Shown piece by piece: positions 47,144 to 57,288 of a stretch of DNA of 64,000 nt. The stretch lies in assembly GCA_964510655.1 (NCBI GenBank), contig CAZEAY010000002.1, forward strand, positions 26,613-90,612. The letters are read 5' to 3'. Under the pieces are notes generated by a model that worked only from the letters and a program-made list of their open reading frames with translations, was not told where the DNA came from and ran no database searches. Within the stretch, counting starts at the first letter, position 1. Each line of letters begins with the position of its first letter. Both the position numbers and the translations under genes were made by a program. This stretch comes from an uncultured Candidatus Saccharibacteria bacterium (GTDB lineage: Bacteria; Patescibacteriota; Minisyncoccia; Phycocordibacterales; XYD1-FULL-46-19).

Positions 47144-48537
47144 CTTTTTGTGGCGGTACCGAAAGTGTGACCGGTGCTAATTTTTTATTGGAAACGGAAA
47201 TGGGCGGTAAGACCCTGCGAATTTTGATAGACTGTGGTCTTTTTCAGGGTTCTAACAAGGATGAAAAGATGAACCTGGAGCCTTTGCCTTATGATCCTAA
47301 GACCATCGATGCGGTTTTTATTACTCATGCCCATATGGATCACATTGGCCGTTTACCTCTTCTGGTTAAACAAGGTTTTACTGGTCCAGTTTATTCCACC
47401 CCACCAACAAAGGAAATTTCTGATGTTTCTTTTGCTGATACTATTGGCCTAATGGAACGGGATGTGCGCAATAGCCAGACTGATAAAAATCATAAAGACA
47501 ACAAGCATGTTGAGGTGACAGAGGCACTTTATGGAGCAAAAGATGTCACTGTTTTAATGAATCAGTGGGAGACTGTTGGCTATCATCAGCCGATTAAAAT
47601 TGGTGATTTTACGGTTATTTTACGAGATTCCGGTCATATTTTAGGTTCGGCGATGGTGGAATTTAATTATAACGGTAAGAAAATTTTGTTTACGGGCGAC
47701 TTGGGTAACTCGCCAGCTCCACTGTTGAAAGATACTGAGGTAGTAACCGATGCCGATTATTTGATTATGGAAAGTGTGTATGGCGATCGCAATCATGAGG
47801 ATCGGGGAGAGCGCCGGGATAAACTTGAGGATGTCATTGAAGAAACCATGCGTAAGGGTGGAGTCTTGCTCATTCCCGCTTTTTCTATTGAGCGGACGCA
47901 GGAGCTTCTTTATGAGATAGAAAATATGATGGAAAACTCGCGTATTCCGCTGGTGCCCGTTTTCCTCGATTCTCCGATGGCGATAAAAGTGACGGAGATC
48001 TATAAAAAATATAGCGATTATTTAAACAAAGAAACTAATTCCGTGATTAAGGGGGGTGATGGTATTTTCCATTTCGCCCAGTTTCGTGAGACAATGTCGA
48101 CTAACGATTCTAAGGCGATAGATGAATCGAATAGTAAAAAAATTATTTTAGCTGGTTCCGGCATGTCTAATGGTGGACGAATTATTCACCACGAGAGAAA
48201 ATATTTGCCCGATGCTAAAAATACGATTCTCTTGGCAGGCTATCAGAGTGTGGGCAGTTTGGGTCGCTTGATTCAGGACGGAACCCGAGTGGTGAAAATT
48301 TTAGGAGAAGATATTCCTGTCAACGCTAAGGTAACTAGTATTAGTGGTTATTCGGCTCATAAAGATTCCGACGGCTTATTTGAATTTGTTCATAATACTG
48401 TCGATAAGGTTAAAAAAGTTTTTGTCGTGATGGGCGAGCCTAAGTCCTCACTGTTTTTAGTCCAGCGTTTGCGTGATTACTTGGGAATTGATGCGGTGGC
48501 ACCTAAGTATCAAGAAACTTTCAAGATCGAGCTTTAA
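47107..48537 (+). CDS. MBL-fold beta-CASP ribonuclease
   Basis: DCGLFQG, THAHMDHIG, GHILGSA, FTGDLG, ES.YGDR, R.QE, YSAH.D. Confidence 0.9.
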   Translation: MDSQSQTKEVKITFCGGTESVTGANFLLETEMGGKTLRILIDCGLFQGSNKDEKMNLEPLPYDPKTIDAVFITHAHMDHIGRLPLLVKQGFTGPVYSTPPTKEISDVSFADTIGLMERDVRNSQTDKNHKDNKHVEVTEALYGAKDVTVLMNQWETVGYHQPIKIGDFTVILRDSGHILGSAMVEFNYNGKKILFTGDLGNSPAPLLKDTEVVTDADYLIMESVYGDRNHEDRGERRDKLEDVIEETMRKGGVLLIPAFSIERTQELLYEIENMMENSRIPLVPVFLDSPMAIKVTEIYKKYSDYLNKETNSVIKGGDGIFHFAQFRETMSTNDSKAIDESNSKKIILAGSGMSNGGRIIHHERKYLPDAKNTILLAGYQSVGSLGRLIQDGTRVVKILGEDIPVNAKVTSISGYSAHKDSDGLFEFVHNTVDKVKKVFVVMGEPKSSLFLVQRLRDYLGIDAVAPKYQETFKIEL

Positions 48538-48583
48538 TTCTTTGTGATGGTTTGGATTTTAAAAATTAGAAATTTAAAAAAAG

Positions 48584-49201
48584 ATGGATAAAGAAACTTT
48601 AGATAAATTATTGTCTGATAAAAAAGATGCTCGTAGCCCACATTTAAGAGTAAAAATTTGTGTTTCGGGAGCGGCGGAGACTAGCCATTGTGGTGACGGT
48701 TCTTTAGATATGGCTTTGGCTGTAGGGCAAGAAATTGCCCGCCAAGGGGCAGTGATTGTTACTGGAGCGACAACAGGTTTTCCGCTGTGGTCGGCTAAGG
48801 GGGCAAAAGAGGCGGGAGGTTTTTCTCTTGGATTATCACCCGCGGCGACCGAAAAAGAGCATGTGGAAAGCTATGGTCTTCCTTTAGACTATATGGATTT
48901 TATTGTTTATACCGGACAAGGTTTTCCGGGTCGCGATATTTTGTTGACACGCACTACTGACGCTGTGATTTTGGGCTGTGGCCGGATTGGCACCATTCAC
49001 GAATTCACCGTCGCTTTTGAGGATCATAAGCCTTTGGGGGTTCTCGAAGGACCGTGGATGACCGATGAAGTGATAAAAATGATTATGGACAACAGTTTTC
49101 GGGAGAATAAGATGGTGGTTTTTGAAAAAGACCCCAAGATTTTGGTGGAAAAAATGATTGCCATGGTCACTAAGGCTAAAGAGGAGTTGGCTAGTATCTA
49201 A
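48584..49201 (+). CDS. LOG/SLOG family nucleotide-binding protein
   Basis: GQEIARQG..IVTGA, AKGAKEAGG, GTIHE. Confidence 0.8.
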   Translation: MDKETLDKLLSDKKDARSPHLRVKICVSGAAETSHCGDGSLDMALAVGQEIARQGAVIVTGATTGFPLWSAKGAKEAGGFSLGLSPAATEKEHVESYGLPLDYMDFIVYTGQGFPGRDILLTRTTDAVILGCGRIGTIHEFTVAFEDHKPLGVLEGPWMTDEVIKMIMDNSFRENKMVVFEKDPKILVEKMIAMVTKAKEELASI

Positions 49202-49210
49202 ATAAAATAA

Positions 49211-49238
49211 TAAAAACCGCCTTATGGCGGTTTTTTTG
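49211..49238 (+). terminator. Intrinsic terminator
   Basis: aaaaaccgcc-ttat-ggcggttttttt. Confidence 0.75.
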
Positions 49239-49364
49239 GTTATCATTTTGGTTATCCACCCCCCACTTTTTTTGTCTATCTGTTAAACGGGTGTATACTT
49301 GGGTTGTCGATAAAATTCGACAACTCATTTTAATAATTTTTAATTTTTAGTTTAATTTAATAAT

Positions 49365-52300
49365 ATGAAAAAAGTTATTTTGGCACTGCTGTTCGTCTTT
49401 ATGATGATCGTTGTGCCTTTTTCAGTTCAAGCTCAGACTGTTGCTGAGCTTCAAGCTATAATTGCTAGTTTGCAGGCTCAGATTGCAGCTCTGGTTGGTG
49501 GGGGCGGAGGAACAGTTGACATTCCACCAGTCACCCCTACTCCGTCCTGTTACACCTTTACCCGTGATTTATGGGTGGGAAGTGTGGGCGACGATGTCAG
49601 GGACTTACAATTATTTTTAAACAGAGAAGTTGGTTCTAGTCTTCCGACGACCCCTTACTTCGGTAATGAAACCAAGCTGGCTCTTATTAAGTTTCAGAGA
49701 GCAAATGGTATTCCATTAACTGGATACTTCGGTCCTCTTACGAGGGCAGCAGTATCAGCAAAAAATGCGGGGTGTGTTGTTGTTCCACCATCAACGACAA
49801 TGAGTTTTATTGATCCAAAAGCCGGAGAGGTGGTTAAAGCGGGAACTGCCTATATGGTTAATTGGGGTGGTTCATGGAGTGGAAATGATTCCTTCAATAT
49901 AACCGAATTCTTAGATAGCGGGAAAGATTTTATTGTTTCTGGACTTACTCAAGAACAGGCGGGATGTCCTGGTTATGGCAAAGGGGTATGCAGTTTTTCA
50001 TGGACCCCTAAGGAGGCTTCGTCTAGAGCTCAATTAGCCATTCAGCGACAATATAACGGGGGAGGCAAAGGTGGGGGAGATATAGCATATTCCGAATTTT
50101 TTTCTGTAGCAGCGGGAAATCAACAAAATAGTGGCGGAGAAGCTTATATTCAGGGAATACCAACACTATCTATCAGTCAAAATTATCGGGATGGGTACAC
50201 TTCGCGCTCAGCGCTAACTATTACGGCGAGAGGAGTTCTGAATTCTAGAGGTGGAGATTCCTATGTTTACCAACAGTCCGGCAGTTTAGGCTTTTACGCT
50301 AAAAGTATGTCTGGCAAGAATTTACCAACACAGGGTACTGCGATCTCTTTTACTATGAACGCTCCAGTTGTCACTGATAGGCTTGGTAATTCTTACTATA
50401 AACTCAGTGAGGGCACTCCTTACTCCTTTACGCAGACAGTTTCTTATGACACCGGATTAATGTTTGGGGGAGTTTATAAGGGAATGTTGTCTCATCTTTC
50501 TTACTTCCGTGACGTAAACGATGTTGCTAATAATATTAATCCAGTGGGAGTTGAAGTGGGTCCTTACAGTAGTCCATCAGCTTATGTCGTTGGAGAAAAG
50601 GGTCCATATCTTACTTCTGCTATTGAAATGGGTAAAAATGAAGTTGGGATGCTTTATCGGGTAAATGGTGAAAGACTAGACGGTAATTCCGTAGTCTACG
50701 TTGACGGTTCTGTCTATGCAAAACAGCCAGATATTGCTTTACCTGCCAGCAGAGATAGTTTATTGTTTGGCTCTCAACCGCTTTCTCCTGGAAATCATTA
50801 TGTTTATGTTGTAAACCCAACAACGGGTCGCAGTAATACTGTTTATTTGCAGGTAGGAAATACGACAAATGAGCCCTCTCTAACTGTTACGACTCCAAAC
50901 GGTGGTGAAATTTATTATTCGAATGATCTACAAGTTTCTTGGCAGTCAAATTATAATTCTCAGTCAGTAAAAGTTCATTTATATAGTCCGATTGATGGAG
51001 ATAAGTATGTTTCTCCAAACCTTAATAGTACGATTGGTGGGAATTCCTTTATTATCCCAGCTGGGACAATAAGAGCTATGAATTCCGGGCAATACAAGAT
51101 AAATGTTTGTGATGATAATCAATCTCCTTCTGGAGATGGCCTGTCAGGAAAGTCCCTTTGTGATTTAAGTGATGATTATTTTACCCTTAAGGGAAGTACA
51201 TCTAATATTTTCCCTGTCGCTAACCCGGTCATCAGTTCCTTTACTGGACCAAACGTTATCACCGCTGGTCAGACAGGAACTTGGACTGCCAGTTTAGCCT
51301 CTTCTTCTGGTCCTGGCTATACTTACTCTATTGATTGGGGAGATGGTTCTGGTTTCCAAAATATTACTAACCCAGCTGTCGCTACCTCAAATATTCGCGG
51401 AACCCATTCTTATGCCAGAGCTGGATCATACGATGTCACTTTTAGAATTTCTTATTATGCGAGTGTTACTTGTGTGAGAGCTCCTTGTAATCCGGTGGCA
51501 CGGACGGTAGAGGCTAAGAATGTTGTCACGGTGGCGGCTGCGACTACTCCTACTAACGGCTGGTGTGGTTCAGCTAATGGTCAGTCATATCCTACTCAGC
51601 CAGACTCAAGTCTCACTTGCTCCAGAGGGACCAGTGCGGATATGAGAACAACAACTACTGGGTGGGCGTGGAATTGTTTGGGTACTAATGGAGGAATTCC
51701 TGTCTCTTGTTGGGCGACTAAGTCAGTAGTGGCTCCGCCAACATCTGTAGATTTGTCGGTTTCTCAGACGATTAGTTCCAATCCATCTCTTGAGAATATC
51801 TATGAAGATAGTCAGGTTACTTTTACGGTAGAAGTTAACAATCCAAGTCAGACATCCTTAGCTGATGTTACTGGTTATTGGATTGTTAATGGAGTAACTT
51901 TCAGTATAAACAAAATGACTGGTAATACCTCCGCTATTACGGTCCCTGCCAATAAAATTTTCCCTGGGCGAAACAATGTAAACTTCAAGATTTATCCACC
52001 GGCTTCAATGAACGAACAAAACACTTGGAATAATACCGTTGATACTTATTTCAATGTTAAAACTCGTACTGTTGAGTCTGATGTACCTCGTACTTTGACA
52101 ATTAATATCGATAACCAATCTACTGGTTATGTAATTGGTGGAAAAAATAATGCTCAGGGTATAAGTGCAATTGAGTTCAATTGTGGACAGCAGGAAGAGG
52201 TTGCTAATGCTAAGATTTGGACCGGTACCGCCTGTTCCCAGACTTATCCAAATGGCACAATTATCACTCTAGTTGCTTCCCATACAGGACTCTTGAAACC

Positions 52301-52550
52301 AGATAATAAAGCGATTGTTCGGGGAACTTTTGGTGGTTGGGGTAATAGTTGTAACTCAAAATCTACTTGGACTTCTATTTACGGTGAAACCTTTGAATCG
52401 TGTTTAGTCAATCTTAATCAGGATAAAGTGATTAATGTTAGTTTTACGGCTCCAGCCTCGGGTTCTACAGGGTTGAACATTTCCTCTGTGAATCAGATGG
52501 CTAATCTTTTGCAATCACTTCAGACTATCCTTAATGGTCTGAAACGCTAG
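49365..52550 (+). CDS. Large secreted protein with peptidoglycan-binding domain, PKD-like and other beta-sandwich modules
   Basis: Signal peptide; FTRDL.VGS.G.DV..LQ.FLN...YFG..T..A...FQ (PG_binding_1-like); PNGGE; IDWGDGS...H.Y...G.YDV (PKD-like). Confidence 0.8.
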   Translation: MKKVILALLFVFMMIVVPFSVQAQTVAELQAIIASLQAQIAALVGGGGGTVDIPPVTPTPSCYTFTRDLWVGSVGDDVRDLQLFLNREVGSSLPTTPYFGNETKLALIKFQRANGIPLTGYFGPLTRAAVSAKNAGCVVVPPSTTMSFIDPKAGEVVKAGTAYMVNWGGSWSGNDSFNITEFLDSGKDFIVSGLTQEQAGCPGYGKGVCSFSWTPKEASSRAQLAIQRQYNGGGKGGGDIAYSEFFSVAAGNQQNSGGEAYIQGIPTLSISQNYRDGYTSRSALTITARGVLNSRGGDSYVYQQSGSLGFYAKSMSGKNLPTQGTAISFTMNAPVVTDRLGNSYYKLSEGTPYSFTQTVSYDTGLMFGGVYKGMLSHLSYFRDVNDVANNINPVGVEVGPYSSPSAYVVGEKGPYLTSAIEMGKNEVGMLYRVNGERLDGNSVVYVDGSVYAKQPDIALPASRDSLLFGSQPLSPGNHYVYVVNPTTGRSNTVYLQVGNTTNEPSLTVTTPNGGEIYYSNDLQVSWQSNYNSQSVKVHLYSPIDGDKYVSPNLNSTIGGNSFIIPAGTIRAMNSGQYKINVCDDNQSPSGDGLSGKSLCDLSDDYFTLKGSTSNIFPVANPVISSFTGPNVITAGQTGTWTASLASSSGPGYTYSIDWGDGSGFQNITNPAVATSNIRGTHSYARAGSYDVTFRISYYASVTCVRAPCNPVARTVEAKNVVTVAAATTPTNGWCGSANGQSYPTQPDSSLTCSRGTSADMRTTTTGWAWNCLGTNGGIPVSCWATKSVVAPPTSVDLSVSQTISSNPSLENIYEDSQVTFTVEVNNPSQTSLADVTGYWIVNGVTFSINKMTGNTSAITVPANKIFPGRNNVNFKIYPPASMNEQNTWNNTVDTYFNVKTRTVESDVPRTLTINIDNQSTGYVIGGKNNAQGISAIEFNCGQQEEVANAKIWTGTACSQTYPNGTIITLVASHTGLLKPDNKAIVRGTFGGWGNSCNSKSTWTSIYGETFESCLVNLNQDKVINVSFTAPASGSTGLNISSVNQMANLLQSLQTILNGLKR

Positions 52551-52734
52551 ATTTTGGATTAAGGTTATTTTAAAAACCCCAAGCTCTAAAGCTTGGGGTT
52601 TTTGGTAAAGGGGAGATAAATTTTCTTATTTTATATGTTATAATGTTATTAATCACCGTATTTTTTAAGCAAGTGTTCTTTTTTTTGTTATCATTCTAAG
52701 TTTATAGTTTTTAATATTAATTTTTTACTAAATC

Positions 52735-55014
52735 ATGTTTAAGAAAATTGTAGCTTCGCTCGTATTGGTGTTTATTCTTGTTCCAATTTTAACAAAAAAT
52801 ATTTCTTTTTTTGGCTTAGAGAAAATACTAGCACGGATTCAGAACCAAATGACCGCTGGACTTTTTGTTAGCTGTCTCGATTCGTCAGATAACAGTTCAA
52901 CAAGCAATGTGAGTTGTACAGAAATATCAGGTTTGTTTGTGGAACAGCCAAATTCTAATGAGCACGCTAATTCTTTTTCTAACGCGGTAAAGAGGGAAAA
53001 AACTTTTAAAATTAACAACTCCTTACTCGATGGGACTAAATTAAAAAAAGGCGTCCAGATAGATATTCCTCTTTTTTCTGATGCTAAATTTAAAGGACGG
53101 GTTGAAGAAATTATTTTCCGGTTACCAACTAGTTTCACTTTGATTGGTACTATTAATCGTGATCGGGCGGGAAAATTTTATTGGACTAGAGAGGGAGATG
53201 CCTCCTCAATAGATATTTCTTCGTCTGATGGTTTGTATGAGGTTAGACCCGTTTCCAACGGTAAACATGTTGTTAGTGAGATCAATGAAGATAAACTGCC
53301 TCCGTACGATGATACCTTGTTGGTTGATAACGATATTGTTAGTACTGGAACTTTAGATACTTCTTCGTCTTCAGTTGACTCTAGTGGAAATACAATAGTG
53401 GATGTCTTGGTCGTTTACACTCCAGCCGCCAGAATAGCCGCCGGGGGAGTTTCTGGGATAACATCTAACATTCGTTTGGCTGTAGATAAGGCTAATCAAG
53501 CTTACTTGAATAGTGGGGTAAAAATAAAACTAAATCTCGTCGGTCCTAATGGTGACCCCTATGAAGTTGCTGGTTATACCGAGACAGGTGATTCCCATGT
53601 TGATTTATCACGTTTGGCTGGAACTTCAGATGGCTATATGGATGAAGTCCACAATCTAAGAAATACATATGGAGCAGATCTGGTAAATTTAATTGGGCAA
53701 AATATTGGGTCTGTCTGTGGGACAGCTTATCTAATGCGTTCAGTTTCTTTGTCCTTTGCTTCCTCAGCTTTTTCTGTGGTGGCTCGTGGTTGTATTAGTA
53801 ATCATAGTTTTGCTCATGAACTCGGACACAATATGGGTGCCGCTCATGATGTGGCGAATGCTTCAAGCGCTGGAGCCTATCCTTATTCGTACGGTTGGCG
53901 TTGGGCGGGATCTAGCGGGGCTGTTTTTCGCAGTATAATGTCTTATTCACCAGGGACGAGGATTAATTATTTTTCTAATCCTGCTGTTTTGTATGATGGC
54001 ATACCAACTGGTGTAAATGAGGCTAATAATTCTCTTACTTTAAATAACACCGCCCCCACAGTTTCTCAGTTTCGTAATTCTCCCGATCTTATTTCGCCCT
54101 TAGTCTCAATTACTAATCCTGTTTCTGGATCTACCTATATTTCATCTCAGATTCTACCAATTTCTGTTTTAGCCAGTGATAATGTAGGGATTGCGCGAGT
54201 AGAATTCTATGACAATGATACGATAAAAGGAACTATAAATAGTGCTCCTTATTCCTATAATTGGAACATTAATTCTACTAATAATGGTGCTCACCGCTGG
54301 ACAGCTAAGGTCTACGATACCTCTGGTAATAATGCTATCTCTGACCCAGTGGGAATAAATGTCGATATTCCTAATCTGGATGATGTTGCTCCGGTTGTGA
54401 CTATTGTCAGTCCAGCAGCTAGTTCGACAGTCTCTGGTGTTGTAAATGTTTCGGTAAATGCAACCGACAATCTTGGAGTTTCTAGTGTGGAATTTTATTT
54501 AGATAATGTCTTAAAAACAACTAAATCAGTGACCCCTTACGTTTTTGCTTGGGATACTAAGACTGTAGTTGATGGAGTTTACTCACTTAAGTCTAAAGCT
54601 TATGACATAGTGGGAAATGTTGGAATAGCTGGACCACTTAATGTAATTGTTAAAAATGCTAGTCTTGTAGATACTATTCCACCATTGGTAACAATAAAGG
54701 GACCGTCGGTAATAAGTAACAAGAATAAAACTTTTACGGCTTCTTCGTCGGATAATGTTGGGGTGGCAAAGGTTGAATTTTATCTAGATAGTGCAACTGC
54801 TCCATTTATCACTGACACTAGTATGCCTTACAGCGCCACCATAAACACCAAAAAACTTTCTGTTGGTTCTCATATTATTTTCGCTAAAGCCTATGACTTG
54901 TCTGGTAATACTGCTTCCTCGAGTATGTCCTTTTCTTATGGATTGGCTTATAACTTATTTAATCAATTGGCCAATATTTTGGTCTCCGTTGGGACAATCC
55001 TTGGTCTTAGGTAG
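52735..55014 (+). CDS. Secreted reprolysin-like (M12B) zinc metallopeptidase with three Ig-like domains
   Basis: HELGHNMGAAHD zinc motif, Met-turn SIMSY, three repeats of A.DN.GV..VEFY...PY...KAYD..GN. Confidence 0.85.
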   Translation: MFKKIVASLVLVFILVPILTKNISFFGLEKILARIQNQMTAGLFVSCLDSSDNSSTSNVSCTEISGLFVEQPNSNEHANSFSNAVKREKTFKINNSLLDGTKLKKGVQIDIPLFSDAKFKGRVEEIIFRLPTSFTLIGTINRDRAGKFYWTREGDASSIDISSSDGLYEVRPVSNGKHVVSEINEDKLPPYDDTLLVDNDIVSTGTLDTSSSSVDSSGNTIVDVLVVYTPAARIAAGGVSGITSNIRLAVDKANQAYLNSGVKIKLNLVGPNGDPYEVAGYTETGDSHVDLSRLAGTSDGYMDEVHNLRNTYGADLVNLIGQNIGSVCGTAYLMRSVSLSFASSAFSVVARGCISNHSFAHELGHNMGAAHDVANASSAGAYPYSYGWRWAGSSGAVFRSIMSYSPGTRINYFSNPAVLYDGIPTGVNEANNSLTLNNTAPTVSQFRNSPDLISPLVSITNPVSGSTYISSQILPISVLASDNVGIARVEFYDNDTIKGTINSAPYSYNWNINSTNNGAHRWTAKVYDTSGNNAISDPVGINVDIPNLDDVAPVVTIVSPAASSTVSGVVNVSVNATDNLGVSSVEFYLDNVLKTTKSVTPYVFAWDTKTVVDGVYSLKSKAYDIVGNVGIAGPLNVIVKNASLVDTIPPLVTIKGPSVISNKNKTFTASSSDNVGVAKVEFYLDSATAPFITDTSMPYSATINTKKLSVGSHIIFAKAYDLSGNTASSSMSFSYGLAYNLFNQLANILVSVGTILGLR

Positions 55015-55019
55015 TGTCG

Positions 55020-55068
55020 TTCCTAAAAAATAACCCCTCGATTTAGTCGAGGGGTTATTTTTTAGGAA
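55020..55068. terminator. Long bidirectional terminator hairpin
   Basis: ttcctaaaaaataacccctcga-loop-tcgaggggttattttttaggaa. Confidence 0.8.
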
Positions 55069-55070
55069 TC

Positions 55071-55415
55071 TTATTTAACTGAGGCTACAAGCTTAGAAAA
55101 AGTCTCGGGATTGTTTTGCACTAGGTCGGCCATTACTTTGCGGTCCAGTTCAATATTTTTTACTTTCAATAGATTGATGAACTTACTGTACGATAATCCC
55201 TCCTTTTTGACGGCTCCACTAATTTTTACCGTCCAGAGACGGCGGAAGTCATTCTTTTTGTCGCGGCGATGAGCAAAGGCATTTACTCCAGCTTTTACGA
55301 TGGCGACTTTAGCCTCGCGCTCTTTGGTGCTGCGTCCAAAACGATAACCCTTAGTACGTTTTAGGGTATTCTTTCGAGTCTTATTAGCAATTGTTCCTCT
55401 TTTTACTCTTGGCAT
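55071..55415 (-). CDS. rplT: 50S ribosomal protein L20
   Basis: MPRVKRG, FRRLW, YSKFI..L, LDRK. Confidence 0.97.
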   Translation of the reverse strand: MPRVKRGTIANKTRKNTLKRTKGYRFGRSTKEREAKVAIVKAGVNAFAHRRDKKNDFRRLWTVKISGAVKKEGLSYSKFINLLKVKNIELDRKVMADLVQNNPETFSKLVASVK

Positions 55416-55424
55416 GGTATTAAA

Positions 55425-55610
55425 TTAAGCGTTTGGCAAAAATCTACTAATCTGCTTGTTAGTCATGGAAAAATCAGCTGTTCCTTTGTGGTTCAGTTGG
55501 GTCGAGCGTTTGGCTCGGGCATTGAAATGGTTTTGTCCCGCAATGCGTCCTAAAATCTTACCCTTCTTGGTTACTTTTAGGCGTTTGGAGAATGACTTGT
55601 TTGTTTTCAT
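55425..55610 (-). CDS. rpmI: 50S ribosomal protein L35
   Basis: MKTNKS..KR.KVT..GK; located between infC and rplT. Confidence 0.9.
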   Translation of the reverse strand: MKTNKSFSKRLKVTKKGKILGRIAGQNHFNARAKRSTQLNHKGTADFSMTNKQISRFLPNA

Positions 55611-55614
55611 ATTA

Positions 55615-56193
55615 TTAAATTTGTTCTGACTTTTCTTCTATTTCTACTGTATCGTTTGGTTTGTCCAGGGTGACTTTTTTTACTAACTGTCTTTCGATGA
55701 CAGTAGTTAGTCCCTTAGGGCTTTTTTTAGCAGGATCGGCGATTTTGTAGTCTTCAGTAATTAGCTTAAGAATACGATCTAAACGTTCCTGCAAAAATTG
55801 AAAGTTAAAGTACTTGGAACGTCCAGGGAGGAAGAGGTCAATTTTAACGCGGTGACCATCTTTTAGAAATTCAGAGGCTTTTTTGGCTTTAATCTCCAAA
55901 TCTTTATCACCAGTACCAATTTTCACCTGCAGAGATTTTGTCTCGGTCGTGTGACTCTTGGCTCGGGCTTCTTTCTCCTTTTTTTGTTGGATATACTGAT
56001 ATTTTCCGTAATCCATGATCTTCGCGACCGGTGGAACGGCATTAGGAGATATTTCAATTAAATCTAATCCCAGCTCCTCGGCTTTACTTAAAGCCTCGGC
56101 AAGAGAGATGACCCCAAGATTTTCACCATCATCGGTGAGAACACGTAACTCTTTGGATCTTATTTGATGATTTATATGAATTATGTCTTTCAA
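55615..56193 (-). CDS. infC: Translation initiation factor IF-3 (non-ATG start)
   Basis: IN.QIR..E.RV, LDL.EISPNA.PPV.KIMDYGKY, FL..G.RVK. Confidence 0.95.
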   Translation of the reverse strand: MKDIIHINHQIRSKELRVLTDDGENLGVISLAEALSKAEELGLDLIEISPNAVPPVAKIMDYGKYQYIQQKKEKEARAKSHTTETKSLQVKIGTGDKDLEIKAKKASEFLKDGHRVKIDLFLPGRSKYFNFQFLQERLDRILKLITEDYKIADPAKKSPKGLTTVIERQLVKKVTLDKPNDTVEIEEKSEQI

Positions 56194-56393
56194 GTATATG
56201 CTAGATAAAACCCCCTAAAACAAATTTTTACTAAAATTTGTTCGGGCGAACACTTCTTAAAGAGAAGTGTTTTAGCCACTAAAACCAGGGAATAGGGTAA
56301 TACTAAGCTATTTAAGGTCTATTGTCAATATCGTTTGAGTCTAAAACCCCTTTATTTTTTGCCATTTTTCGGCTTGACTGTTAAGATTAATCT

Positions 56394-56840
56394 ATGTCAC
56401 TAGTAGACAATAAAAAGGCTGGTTTCAACTATGAAATAGGCGACAAATACGAGGCCGGGATTGAGCTTTTGGGTTCGGAGTCCAAGTCTATCCGTGCTAA
56501 AAGGGGGTCTTTAGAGGGCTCCTATGTCAAAATTCGTGGTAACGAGGCTTTTTTGGTGGGGGCGACTATTCCCGCTTTTCAAGCTACTAATGTCCCTAAA
56601 AGCTATGATCCAGAGCGAGTAAGGCGTCTTTTGCTGACTAAAGCTGAGCTAAGGTATTTGACTGGCCGAGAAAGCGAGAAGGGATTGACTTTAATCCCTT
56701 TATCGTTGTATAATAAAGGAAGGTTTATTAAGCTGTCTTTTGGAATAGCCAAAAATAAGAAGAAGTTTGATAAGCGTGAAGATATTAAGAAGAGAGAAAC
56801 CGATCGCGAGATTCATCGTGATTTGAAGAGTTTTAGATAG
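56394..56840 (+). CDS. smpB: SsrA-binding protein
   Basis: NKKA.FNY, EAGI.L.G.E.KS.R, R.LLL.K.E, KK.DKRE. Confidence 0.95.
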   Translation: MSLVDNKKAGFNYEIGDKYEAGIELLGSESKSIRAKRGSLEGSYVKIRGNEAFLVGATIPAFQATNVPKSYDPERVRRLLLTKAELRYLTGRESEKGLTLIPLSLYNKGRFIKLSFGIAKNKKKFDKREDIKKRETDREIHRDLKSFR

Positions 56841-56858
56841 AACGTTGAAAAAAGAATT

Positions 56859-57239
56859 GGGGATGATTGGCCTAGACAATTAATTTCCCTTTTGTGTGCA
56901 TGTCGAAGATTCTAACAAGATTCGTAATATATGTTAGGAAAAAGAAGTGCAAAAACTTCAAAGGGGATAGCATCCCCTTATATGCCAGCTTTCGCTTTAG
57001 CCTAAGCTGACCGTCCGTTCATTTGGATGCTCGATAGATTTGAACGGGTGTCATAAACTGCGAGCTAGGATTTGAGAATGTTTCGACTCAACCCCAAAGC
57101 CACTTCGGTGGAATAGAAACTCGACTAGTTAGTATTTTGGCGGCTTAGAGCTAGCTAGTTTAAAACCCCTAAACCTCCTACACATGTAGATTCACAAAAG
57201 ATTATTATTTGCACGTGGGTTCGATTCCCACCATCTCCA
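56859..57239 (+). ncRNA. ssrA: tmRNA; tag reading frame 56949-57005 encodes AKTSKGIASPYMPAFALA*
   Basis: Acceptor stem GGGGATG/CATCTCC-A with the G3-U Ala identity pair; T-arm GTGGG-TTCGATT-CCCAC; adjacent to smpB; tag ends ...ALA. Confidence 0.9.
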
Positions 57240-57288
57240 CAAAAAAAGTCCGCGAAATGTATTCGCGGACTGTGAGTTTTTGGTCTCC

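Noticed and set aside
32937-52450. Diversity-generating retroelement (TR/VR pair) behind the duplicated domain
   Set aside because: Differences are not adenine-specific, both copies are coding, and no reverse transcriptase is present in the window.
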